Source: an uncultured Gemmatimonadaceae bacterium (GTDB lineage: Bacteria; Gemmatimonadota; Gemmatimonadetes; Gemmatimonadales; Gemmatimonadaceae). Taken from it: a stretch of DNA of 64,000 nucleotides. Positions 9,199-17,906 of this stretch are shown in pieces. Within the stretch, counting starts at the first letter, position 1. Every line of letters starts with the position of its first letter. The DNA lies in NCBI GenBank assembly GCA_963790305.1, contig CAWBOC010000010.1, positions 128,001 through 192,000 on the forward strand. The letters are read 5' to 3'. A model generated the notes under the pieces. It had not been told where the DNA came from. It worked only from the letters and a program-made list of their open reading frames with translations, and did not search any database. The position numbers and the translations under genes are program-made.

Positions 9199-10440
9199 CT
9201 ATCCAGCGACTCCGGCCAGCTCGCGCATGCTACGAACCGCGGTTGCCACGCGTTCCACTTCGGGCGTGGGCTCGGGAGCATTCGCGATGATAACCACTCC
9301 CGCCTGGTCGAGCGACTGAAGACTTTGCTCGGCGCGGAAGAGTGCCTGGTTCATCCCGTGGCGCTCCGCCAATTCAACGGCGCGCAGTAACGCAGCTCGC
9401 GCGGCCGAGACGTTGCCGAACATTCGGTAACCCTCGCCAACATAACAGTAGTAGTGACACGCCAGCGTCGCCGGTAACGTCGCGTCCGCAAGCTCACGGC
9501 GATACTGCTCGAATACCGGCTCCCGCCCGTCGACGGCAGCGCATTCCAAGAGGTTGATCGTCGCCACCCAGCGCGTATGCTGCTCCTGAGCAGTGGCAGC
9601 GAGGATCAGATAGGCATCACGCGCGGCGTCGCGCAGTCCCAGCTCGAAGAACGCGGCGGCAATGTCACCCAGCACGCGGTCGCGCGAGGCGGCGTCCGTG
9701 TATCCTTCGAGAGCCTGGTATCCCAGCGTGACAGCGAGGTCGTATTGTCCACGCCGGAACGCGATGTCTGCACGGTCGTGCAGGGCGATCGAGCGGATCT
9801 CGCCACACCGGTTGGCATCTGCCTCGCGGATCGTATCATCGAGAAGCGTTTGCGCGTACGGCAGATTGCCACGCTCGATCGCAATCTTCGCCTCGTTGAC
9901 TCGCGCTCGCAGCACGTTCACGATGTCGCTCGCCATCGCGGCCGCGCACCCCGCACGCGCATACGCCGCCGTCGCTTCATCCCATTCAGCGAGGGTACGG
10001 AGACACGCACCGAGCTGCATGTTCGCGGCGATCACGATGTCGGCTTCCTCGACCGGATGCGCGTGCGCGATCACCGTTTCATGGACGTCGGCCGCCAGCT
10101 CCCAGCGTCCCTCGAACTGGAGCGCCCGACCATAGGCGAGGAGCCGCGGTGCAATCAATGGCACGCGGACCGTTCGTGAGGTTTCCATCGCGTCCACGAT
10201 GCTGGCGAGGATAGACCGTGTCGCCGAACCAAGATCAATGGCTTCGATGGCCTCGCGCACCGCCCGCAGGCCCCACGCGTCGGCCGCGACCACGCTCGGC
10301 CCTTCGACGAGCCATGCATCGAAGAGACGCAACGTGACCAAACCGGCGCTCGTCAGGCGCCAGTCCGCGCTGCCTTCCTCGGCGCGCGCAAGCGCTTCGA
10401 AGAACGGCAGGTGCTGGAGATTGGGCTCGCTCATGGTCAT
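9199..10440 (-). CDS. Tetratricopeptide-repeat (TPR) protein without an obvious DNA-binding domain
   Basis: Repeated TPR-like helices: LLAYGRALQFEGRWELAADVH, QLGACLRTLAEWDEATAAY, ADIAFRRGQYDLAVTLGYQAL and VLGDIAAAFFELGLRDAARDAY. Confidence 0.8.
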   Translation of the reverse strand: MTMSEPNLQHLPFFEALARAEEGSADWRLTSAGLVTLRLFDAWLVEGPSVVAADAWGLRAVREAIEAIDLGSATRSILASIVDAMETSRTVRVPLIAPRLLAYGRALQFEGRWELAADVHETVIAHAHPVEEADIVIAANMQLGACLRTLAEWDEATAAYARAGCAAAMASDIVNVLRARVNEAKIAIERGNLPYAQTLLDDTIREADANRCGEIRSIALHDRADIAFRRGQYDLAVTLGYQALEGYTDAASRDRVLGDIAAAFFELGLRDAARDAYLILAATAQEQHTRWVATINLLECAAVDGREPVFEQYRRELADATLPATLACHYYCYVGEGYRMFGNVSAARAALLRAVELAERHGMNQALFRAEQSLQSLDQAGVVIIANAPEPTPEVERVATAVRSMRELAGVAG

Positions 10441-10734
10441 TCCGAATCCTTATCGACGTGATCGGACTTTCTGCCATTATGCGCTATGAAATTGACGAGG
10501 GTCATAGGGCGCCGCAACGACACTTTTGAGACACGGAGCGCATGAATCCAGACACTTGTACCGCCAACACCACTGATTCAGAGGCGCGATCTACGCAGAA
10601 TATCGACGGTGACCAGAAAGACGACGCATCCAACTCCCTCCTGTACGGGTTATCTTTCGTTCGCCACCCCGCACACGCATCGCCGGCTCGATCGTCCTTA
10701 GGACAGCGCGACCTACCACCCCTCAAGGCGCACC

Positions 10735-11778
10735 ATGTCCACTTCCGCAGCTTTCGGCGTCCCCGCCGCTCAGACCGCGTCGCCCCTGCGCGGCTGGCAG
10801 ACCACCACCGCACCCTATCGAGCGAGCAGCACCGCTCGGGCCGCGGTTCAGCTCTGCACCACGATCCTGCCACTCGGCGCGCTGGTCGCGCTCATGTACG
10901 CGATGCTCAATGTCTCGTACTGGATAACGCTCGCGCTGGCCGTTCCGGCCGCCGGCTTTCTGGTACGCACGTTCATCATCATGCACGACTGCGGGCACGG
11001 GTCGTTCGTGCCCTCGCGACGCGCCAACGAAGTCATCGGGTTCATCACCGGCGCGATCACGCTCACGCCGTTCGCACAGTGGCGGCGCGACCACGCGCTG
11101 CACCACGCCTCGTCGGGGGACCTTGACCGACGGGGGCATGGCAATGTGCTGACGCTGACCGTCGAGGAGTACCTGGCAAGATCACGGTGGGGACGCCTGA
11201 AGTACCGCCTGTATCGCAACCCGATCACGCTGTTCATCCTCGGGCCGATTTTCCTCCTCTTCGTCCGGCACCTGCCCGCGGCGGGGATCGCGCTGACGAC
11301 GAAAACGAAGATCGAATCCCGCGCCACTACCGCGGCCATCGTGACGATGGTCGTCGGATTCGCACTCGCGATTGGATGGAAGGCCGTGCTCCTCGTCTAC
11401 GGACCGATCATCCTCATCGCCGGCGCGACCGGGAACTGGCTCTTCTACGTACAGCACCAGTTCGAAGATGCGTATTGGGAGGCGCACGAGGGATGGGATT
11501 ACGCCGAGGCCGCGATCAAGGGCGCGTCCTATTACCGGCTGCCGCGCGTCCTCGAGTGGATGACCGGGCGCATCGGGCTGCACCACGTCCATCACCTCGA
11601 CCCGAAGATCCCCAACTATCATCTGCGGCGTTGCCATGATGAGAACGGGGTGCTTCAGGCGGTGACCGTGCTCACGATTCGCGAAAGCATCCGGACGGCG
11701 TCGTTGAAGCTGTGGGACCCCGAGCATCGCCGCATGGTCGGTTTCCGCGCGCTGCGATCGCGCCGCGCGGCCGCGTAG
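10735..11778 (+). CDS. Membrane fatty-acid (acyl-lipid) desaturase, Bacillus Des-like
   Basis: Three His boxes (HDCGH, HALHH, HHVHH) plus WLFYVQHQFE and KIPNYHL. Confidence 0.92.
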   Translation: MSTSAAFGVPAAQTASPLRGWQTTTAPYRASSTARAAVQLCTTILPLGALVALMYAMLNVSYWITLALAVPAAGFLVRTFIIMHDCGHGSFVPSRRANEVIGFITGAITLTPFAQWRRDHALHHASSGDLDRRGHGNVLTLTVEEYLARSRWGRLKYRLYRNPITLFILGPIFLLFVRHLPAAGIALTTKTKIESRATTAAIVTMVVGFALAIGWKAVLLVYGPIILIAGATGNWLFYVQHQFEDAYWEAHEGWDYAEAAIKGASYYRLPRVLEWMTGRIGLHHVHHLDPKIPNYHLRRCHDENGVLQAVTVLTIRESIRTASLKLWDPEHRRMVGFRALRSRRAAA

Positions 11779-11812
11779 TCGAGCGCCTCAGGCGCTGCTC
11801 ATTGAATGCACG

Positions 11813-11848
11813 GAAGCGCGCCACGTACCCGAGTACGTGGCGCGCTTC
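11813..11848. terminator. Hairpin between convergent genes
   Basis: Perfect 16-bp stem GAAGCGCGCCACGTAC / GTACGTGGCGCGCTTC with a 4-nt loop. Confidence 0.65.
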
Positions 11849-11866
11849 GTTGTGCCCGGACAATCG

Positions 11867-12040
11867 TTAGGTCGTACCCGAGGCGTCGGGCGATGCCTTC
11901 CCGGCGGGCGCTGGTGCCGGCACCGGCGGCGTGGCGCCGTTCGGTGACGCGTTCTTCAGCTCTTCCGCCTCACGACGTTCGCGATCGCGCTGGGCAAAGG
12001 CGCCGAACCCGCCCTTTTTCGTTTCTTTCGGATCGAGCAT
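11867..12040 (-). CDS. Small charged, Pro-rich protein, 57 aa (MLDPKETKKGGFGAFAQRDRERREAEE...)
   Basis: GGGGAG RBS before ATG 12040, a sigma70-like promoter upstream and a hairpin downstream. Confidence 0.6.
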   Translation of the reverse strand: MLDPKETKKGGFGAFAQRDRERREAEELKNASPNGATPPVPAPAPAGKASPDASGTT

Positions 12041-12173
12041 GATACGCTCCCCGGTCGTGCGCCGAGCTCGCGTGCCCCGACGATAGCCGTGTCTGGAGAG
12101 GACGCGATGACCGATCCCGATGGTGGCCCGCTCCTCTGGCGAGCGAGCACACCCCGACCTCCGCGCATGGCGT

Positions 12174-12224
12174 ATATTAACGTGTGGTATTACTATTGTC
12201 AAACGTAATCACGGGCGTTATTAT
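12174..12224. promoter_or_regulatory. Divergent sigma70-type promoters with overlapping -35 boxes
   Basis: Plus strand: TTGTCA(12196)-N17-TATTAT(12219). Minus strand: TTGACA(12202)-N17-TAATAT(12179). The region is an AT-rich island. Confidence 0.75.
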
Positions 12225-12247
12225 TAACCTTCAGTCGGAGCGAGGGC

Positions 12248-12478
12248 GTGATCCGTTTTCACCTGGCGTCGGTCCTGAAGAAAAAAGGGTGGACCCCGTA
12301 CCGCCTCTCGCAGGAGACGGGACTCACGGTTCCCACCGCGTATCGGCTGGCCGATCCGAAGCTCGAGTTCGGTCGCTTTACCGCCGATACACTCGATCGC
12401 TTGTGCGAGGCCCTCGACGTCCAGCCTGGCGATCTGCTCGAGTACGTGCCGACCAGGAGCCGCAAGCGCCGCAGCTGA
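12248..12478 (+). CDS. XRE/Cro-family helix-turn-helix regulator
   Basis: LKKKGWTPYRLSQETGLTVPTAYRL and TLDRLCEALDVQPGDLLEY; GGAG/GAGG RBS. Confidence 0.9.
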   Translation: MIRFHLASVLKKKGWTPYRLSQETGLTVPTAYRLADPKLEFGRFTADTLDRLCEALDVQPGDLLEYVPTRSRKRRS

Positions 12479-12554
12479 GCCGCGCGCAGTCCGCTCCCGA
12501 TGAGCCGCGTCGGCGGAACCGTCCGCTACGCCTTCGATCCTCGCAGGAGGTCCC

Positions 12555-13112
12555 ATGAAAGCCAATAGAGCCCCCAGAACCGGCAACGCGCCGTTGAAGA
12601 GCACTACATCGAACGGCAGGAGCGCCCAGCCAACGCCGGCCGAGGAAGGGCCGTATCGCGCCGAGCCCCGCCGTGCGAATGCGCGCCGCGGTGAGAGCAG
12701 CATTCTCGAGACCGCAGCCGAGCGCGGCACGTTCCGCACGCTGGCCGGCGCGATTCGAAGCGCTGGGCTCGTCGACCTCATGAGCGGAAAGGGTCCCTTC
12801 ACCCTCTTCGCGCCGACGGACGAGGCGTTCGCACGCATGCCACAGTCGGAGCGCGAGACACTGCTCAACGACAAGGCGTCGCTCGCCGAGGTGCTGACAT
12901 ATCACCTCGTGCGTGAGCGTGTGAAGGCGCCGACGGTGGGCACCCCGCGCACGGCCACGACCGTCAACGGCGGCAAGATCACGATCACCGTGAAGAACCG
13001 CGGCTTCAGGCGGCGCGGCTTCAAGGTCAATGAAGCGAAGATCGTGAAGACCGAGATTCTCGCGTCGAACGGCGTGATTCACGCGATCGACAGCGTGCTG
13101 ACCCCGCGCTAA
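12555..13112 (+). CDS. Fasciclin (FAS1) domain protein
   Basis: GPFTLFAPTDEAF, VLTYHLV and ASNGVIHAIDSVL. Confidence 0.92.
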   Translation: MKANRAPRTGNAPLKSTTSNGRSAQPTPAEEGPYRAEPRRANARRGESSILETAAERGTFRTLAGAIRSAGLVDLMSGKGPFTLFAPTDEAFARMPQSERETLLNDKASLAEVLTYHLVRERVKAPTVGTPRTATTVNGGKITITVKNRGFRRRGFKVNEAKIVKTEILASNGVIHAIDSVLTPR

Positions 13113-13116
13113 CGAA

Positions 13117-14196
13117 TCACGGTGCGGACGGCGCCCGGCCGTCCGCACCGGCGTTCGCCGCCAGCACGCGTGGCGACGCAACCGTACGCGCATCACCGTC
13201 CGACACATAGCGACGCCCCGGCTTTTCCAGCCAGTCCAGCGTGCGCTCCAGCGAGTTCCCCACGATCTGCACGCGTTCCAGCTTCAACGCATTGAACGCA
13301 GGATCGAATGGACTCGGCACCGGTCCGCCGGCCACGAGGAGCACCGCGGTGTGGTCATAGGCAACGGTGCGCTGCGAGCGCCCGTCCGTCCACGACCCCT
13401 TCGCGGCCAGCGCCTCATTCTTCGGCCACAGGCCTAACGGCAGCGCCAGCGTGCGGACCCGGTACCCCGGTACCGCCGAGTCGACGGCCAGCGCAAGGCG
13501 CGCAATCTGCTCCTGGACGACGGCATCGTCGTACTTCGACAGCTGCGCGTGCCAGAGCGTGTGGTTGCACAGCTCGAAGCCGCGCTCGGCGAGAAACTTG
13601 AGCTTCGCATGACGCCAGGCTGTTTTCTGCCCCTCGATGTTCCGATCGCCGAAGAACGCGCGCCCAGCCTCGGCGCCCGAGAGCATACAGAACGTCGCCT
13701 TGCTCTCCCAATCGGGGTGTGCCTTCTGAAAATCCAGCCAGATCCCGACCGCGCTCGTCGAATCGATCACGAGCTCGCCGTTGCGTTCGATGTAGCGAAA
13801 CTGTGAGGGCGACGCGTCGTCGAAGGTGAACACCACCGGAGAGAGGCCCCGCGGGAGATCGATGCGCCGGTCGACCAGCTCAGCCACGGTGATCGGGCGG
13901 TAGCCACGTTCGTAGAGGAGCTCCAGGTCGCGGCGGAAGCGCGTGTGCTCGCGCTCCCAGCGGCCTTCAGTGGCGCCGATGAGATGGTATTCGAGGATGG
14001 GGATCCGCCCCAGCTCATTCGGCACCCGGTTTCGCGACGCCGAGTCGAGGGCAACCATCGCACGGGCTGCCGCCATCTCATTGGATGGCGCATCCGGCGC
14101 GTCGTTCGGGCGGGCTTCTGTTCTGCTGCATCCCGATGCGAAGAGGGCAATCGGGAGAACGGCGGCAAGCCGCCGGTACGACGAATATGGATTCAT
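13117..14196 (-). CDS. Polysaccharide deacetylase family lipoprotein
   Basis: Lipobox FASG-C, IPILEYH, VVFTFDDA and ELCNHTLWH. Confidence 0.85.
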   Translation of the reverse strand: MNPYSSYRRLAAVLPIALFASGCSRTEARPNDAPDAPSNEMAAARAMVALDSASRNRVPNELGRIPILEYHLIGATEGRWEREHTRFRRDLELLYERGYRPITVAELVDRRIDLPRGLSPVVFTFDDASPSQFRYIERNGELVIDSTSAVGIWLDFQKAHPDWESKATFCMLSGAEAGRAFFGDRNIEGQKTAWRHAKLKFLAERGFELCNHTLWHAQLSKYDDAVVQEQIARLALAVDSAVPGYRVRTLALPLGLWPKNEALAAKGSWTDGRSQRTVAYDHTAVLLVAGGPVPSPFDPAFNALKLERVQIVGNSLERTLDWLEKPGRRYVSDGDARTVASPRVLAANAGADGRAPSAP

Positions 14197-14197
14197 G

Positions 14198-14233
14198 GAG
14201 GCGCTGAAGGCGCTAGAGGCGCTGAAGGCGCTG
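14198..14233. repeat. Single arm of the GGCGCT(A/G)(G/A)A 9-mer repeat
   Basis: gaggcgctgaaggcgctagaggcgctgaaggcgct directly upstream of the deacetylase start. Confidence 0.85.
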
Positions 14234-14362
14234 GTCGTGATGGAAAGCACATCCGCGGTTGGTTCCCGCCGAATCGGAAACCTGCGGCCGGCGCCGGTGG
14301 TACTATTGATGGAAGCGGCTCGTCTGACACTCGTCCTCGCGCCGCGACCCTGATCCACTCTG

Positions 14363-16507
14363 ATGACGTTCATCGCCTCTTTTCAGCAACGCGTTCGGAC
14401 GTTCCGCGAGCGCTGGCGTAGTGACCCGGCGCACCCACCACGGGAGTGGATGCGCGAGCAGTGGCAACCGCTCGCGGTCATGGGTGTGCTCGTGCTCACC
14501 GTGCTCGCCTTCGATGCATGGCTGGCGAGCTGCGGCTTCGCGGGATGCCCCTCTTCGGCGGACATTCGGCGCTTCCGTCCGGTCGAGGGAAGCGAGGCCA
14601 AGGATCGATCCGGCCAGCCGTTGGGGCGGCTCACCTCAGTTCGCCGGATCAACGTCCCACTCGCCGATGTGCCTCGCCACGTTCAGCAGGCGTTCGTCGC
14701 CACCGAGGACCGACGCTTCTACGAGCACAACGGGCTCGACTGGCGCGCGGTCATGCGCGCCGTCGGCCGCAACGTGACGTCGTTGGGACTGCGCGAAGGG
14801 TTCAGCACCATCACAATGCAAGTCGCGCGGAACACCTTCACGTCGCGCATCATCAGCGAGCGTTCGCTGCGCAAGAAGCTGCTCGAGCTGCGGTTCGCGC
14901 GGCTCATCGAGCACAACCTCACCAAGCCGCAGATCCTCGAGCTCTATCTCAACGTCATCTACCTCGGGAACGGGACGTACGGGGTGGAGGCGGCAAGCCG
15001 GGATCTCTTCGGCAAGAGTGTGAAGAAGGTGACGCTCGCGGAGGCGGCGGTGTTGGCGGCGCTGCCGAAGGGCCCGTCGTCATACACGCCGAGGAAGGCG
15101 CCTGAGCGCGCGAAACGCCGGCGCGATCTGGTGCTCACGCTGATGGCGCGGGAAGGCTACATCGACTCGATAGCGGCCCGCCGCGCCGCCGCGCAGCCGA
15201 TACGCGTCGCAAAGCAGGAGTGGCGGCCCACTGGCACCGACTCCTACGCGCTCGATGCCATCCGAAGCGCGGTCGATTCGCTGCTGGGAAGCGAGGCGCT
15301 GGAATCCGGCGATGTCACCGTGTACACGACGATCGACGCCAACGCGCAGAAGGCTGCCGAGCGCGCCGTCGCCAAGCGCGCGGCGTACATCCAGGACCGC
15401 GAGCACGCCTGGTACGGGCGGACGAACGGCGTCGTACAGGGTGCGATGATCGCACTGGATCCGCGCACCGGTGATGTCCGCGCCATCGTCGGCGGCCGAC
15501 GGTACGAGCGGGGCGGCTTCAACCGCGCCCTCTCCGCGCGCCGCCAGCCCGGCTCCGCGTTCAAGCCATTCGTGTACGCCGCGGCGCTCGCTGCGGGGCT
15601 CTCCCCCGCGACGATGGTGGACGATGACCCGGTCGAGATCGTCGGCGACGATGGTCGCATCTGGACACCGGCCAATCACGGCGACGAGTACAACGGGCGC
15701 ATCACGCTTCGCCGCGCGCTCATGCGATCGGCGAACGCGGCGACGGTGCGCGTGAGCCGCGCCGTCGGCGAGCAGCGCGTCGTCTCGGCCGCCCGCAAGA
15801 ACGGCATTACGAGCCAGCTCGATCCTGTGCCATCGATCGCGTTAGGTGCGCTGGAGGTCACGCCGCTCGAGTTGGCGCTCTCCTATGCGCCGTTCGGCAA
15901 CGGAGGGTATCGCGTGAAGCCGCGGCTCATCCAGCGCATCGAGTCCTCGGATGGACGCGTGCTCTGGAAAACGGATGCCCTACGCGATCTGGTGATGGAC
16001 CCCCAGGACGCCTACATGATGACGTCGATGCTGCGCTCTGTCGTCGACCACGGTACCGCGTACGCCGTGCGTGAGTGGGGCGCGCGTGGTCCAATCGCCG
16101 GCAAGACGGGCACGACGAATGACGGTGCCGATGTCTGGTTCGTCGGCTACACCCCGACCGTGGCAGCGGCGTTCTGGTTCGGTCACGACCAGCGCGTGTC
16201 GCTCTCGGGCGACATGAGCGGCGGCAGCGCTGCCGCGCCCGCGTGGGCCGAGTTCTTCATCAATGGATGGCGGGAGCGAGGCGAGGGTGGCGAATGGGAG
16301 CCGCCGCCGGGAATGGTGTCGCGGCAAATCGATGCGTTCACGGGCGAGCTGGCGGGGCAGTGGTGTCCCGCTACGCAAACGGAGTGGTTCAAGCCCGGCA
16401 TGGAGCCCACCGAGTACTGCCGCGAGCATCCCGAGCCGGAAGAGACGTGGGCGGAGGACGTTGGCGAACGAATCGCGACGACGTTCAAGAAGATCTTTCG
16501 CTTCTAA
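14363..16507 (+). CDS. Class A penicillin-binding protein (PBP1A family)
   Basis: EDRRFYEHNG, GFSTITMQ, SAFK (SxxK), SAN (SxN) and KTGT. Confidence 0.95.
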   Translation: MTFIASFQQRVRTFRERWRSDPAHPPREWMREQWQPLAVMGVLVLTVLAFDAWLASCGFAGCPSSADIRRFRPVEGSEAKDRSGQPLGRLTSVRRINVPLADVPRHVQQAFVATEDRRFYEHNGLDWRAVMRAVGRNVTSLGLREGFSTITMQVARNTFTSRIISERSLRKKLLELRFARLIEHNLTKPQILELYLNVIYLGNGTYGVEAASRDLFGKSVKKVTLAEAAVLAALPKGPSSYTPRKAPERAKRRRDLVLTLMAREGYIDSIAARRAAAQPIRVAKQEWRPTGTDSYALDAIRSAVDSLLGSEALESGDVTVYTTIDANAQKAAERAVAKRAAYIQDREHAWYGRTNGVVQGAMIALDPRTGDVRAIVGGRRYERGGFNRALSARRQPGSAFKPFVYAAALAAGLSPATMVDDDPVEIVGDDGRIWTPANHGDEYNGRITLRRALMRSANAATVRVSRAVGEQRVVSAARKNGITSQLDPVPSIALGALEVTPLELALSYAPFGNGGYRVKPRLIQRIESSDGRVLWKTDALRDLVMDPQDAYMMTSMLRSVVDHGTAYAVREWGARGPIAGKTGTTNDGADVWFVGYTPTVAAAFWFGHDQRVSLSGDMSGGSAAAPAWAEFFINGWRERGEGGEWEPPPGMVSRQIDAFTGELAGQWCPATQTEWFKPGMEPTEYCREHPEPEETWAEDVGERIATTFKKIFRF

Positions 16508-16624
16508 CGAGGGGTCAGGAGTCAGGGGTCAGGGATCAGGGGGTGTCAGGGGAAGGTTCGAGGAGAAGGGCTTTGCACTGTCCTGAAACCTTCCCCGTGA
16601 CACCCCCTGATCCCTGACCCCTCG
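16508..16624. repeat. Long palindromic element with GGGGTCA/GGGATCA heptamers
   Basis: Arms ggggtcagggatcagggggtgtcaggggaaggtt and aaccttccccgtgacaccccctgatccctgacccc, between convergent genes. Confidence 0.85.
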
Positions 16625-16625
16625 T

Positions 16626-17876
16626 TCAAACGACTCCTATCCGTTCAGTGGCGCTGAACCCGGGGAAGAGGGCCGACGCATCCACCGCGCCCAGATGTGA
16701 CCTAACGACTTCGCCGAACACTGAACGGAAATCCGTCGTGAGCGCCAGGTCGCGGCCCTCGTAGAGCTGTTCGCGCGCGAGCCCGGGCCACCGGCCGTAG
16801 ACCTTCCCGCCCTTCACCGAGCCGCCGAGTACGAACATCGCTCCGGCGTGCCCATGGTCCGTTCCCCCATTTCCATTCTGCCGCGCCATGCGACCGAATT
16901 CGGTCATCGTCAGGATCAGCACGTCCGCCATGCGATCGCCAAGATCGGAGGTCAAGGCGGCGACGGCGCCTGCGAAATCACCCAAACGGTTCGCGAGCTG
17001 GCCCGTCGCCCCGCCCTGATTCACGTGAGTATCCCAGCCGCCTACGTCGGCGAACGCGATCTCGAGACCGACGTCCGCCTTGATGAGCTGCGCGATTTGC
17101 AGCAGGCGCTGCCCGAACTGCGAGCGCGGATACACCGCCCCGTTCTCCGGGCGATAGCGTTGCGGGTTCGCCGCACGCAGCATCTTCACGGCATCGAAGG
17201 TCTCCGCACCGGCGCCATGGATAATGTCGGCGCGTCCGGTACGGTACAGCGCTTCGAGACGCTCGGCGTCAGAGCCGGCTGCGCGAATCGTGAAGTCATT
17301 CAGCGACGACATCGCGATCACGGGCGCGGGGCCGGCGAGAATGCGTGGAGTTTGTTCCGTCATCGTCACGGCCCGGAACGGCGCCACGGCCTTCGCGTCG
17401 CACTCGGCGCACGTTCCCCGGGCTGCCAGGTACCGGTTGAGCCACCCGTCCGGCGTGTTCTTCAGATCCGGGGTCCCGCTCTCCATGTAATCCTGCGCGT
17501 CGAAATGCGAGCGCGTGGCGCTGGGACTACCGACGGCGTGGATGGGTGCGAGCATACCGCGCTGATATAGCGGCTGCAGTGGTGCCAGCGCGGGGTGCAG
17601 GCCGAAGAATCCGTCGAGGTCGAGCGCCGCCTCCGCTCGCGCGCCGGGTCGCGGAATCGCGATCGTCGGCCGTAGCGCGTAATACTCGGCGTCGCCATGC
17701 GGGACGACCATGTTGAGCGCGTCAGCCGCGCCGCGCTGGAAGAGCACCACGAGGATCTTTCCCCGCGCAGCCCCGCGCAGCTCGGTGGCGAACGCGGTAC
17801 GTCGGAGAAAGGTCGGATTGAGCCCGAGGGTGACGAGCGCGAAGGCGCCAGACCGGAGGAAGACTCTACGTTGCAT
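16626..17876 (-). CDS. DUF1501 domain protein with a Tat-like signal
   Basis: MQRRVFLR, LVVLFQRGAADALN, RSHFDAQDYMESG, GGWDTH, TEFGR and GTDHGH. Confidence 0.9.
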   Translation of the reverse strand: MQRRVFLRSGAFALVTLGLNPTFLRRTAFATELRGAARGKILVVLFQRGAADALNMVVPHGDAEYYALRPTIAIPRPGARAEAALDLDGFFGLHPALAPLQPLYQRGMLAPIHAVGSPSATRSHFDAQDYMESGTPDLKNTPDGWLNRYLAARGTCAECDAKAVAPFRAVTMTEQTPRILAGPAPVIAMSSLNDFTIRAAGSDAERLEALYRTGRADIIHGAGAETFDAVKMLRAANPQRYRPENGAVYPRSQFGQRLLQIAQLIKADVGLEIAFADVGGWDTHVNQGGATGQLANRLGDFAGAVAALTSDLGDRMADVLILTMTEFGRMARQNGNGGTDHGHAGAMFVLGGSVKGGKVYGRWPGLAREQLYEGRDLALTTDFRSVFGEVVRSHLGAVDASALFPGFSATERIGVV

Positions 17877-17906
17877 AAGAAGGCGAATGCGGAATGCGGA
17901 TTGTTG

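Noticed and set aside
12248..12478. XRE gene as a prophage or toxin-antitoxin marker
   Set aside because: No integrase, phage genes or recognisable toxin is adjacent.
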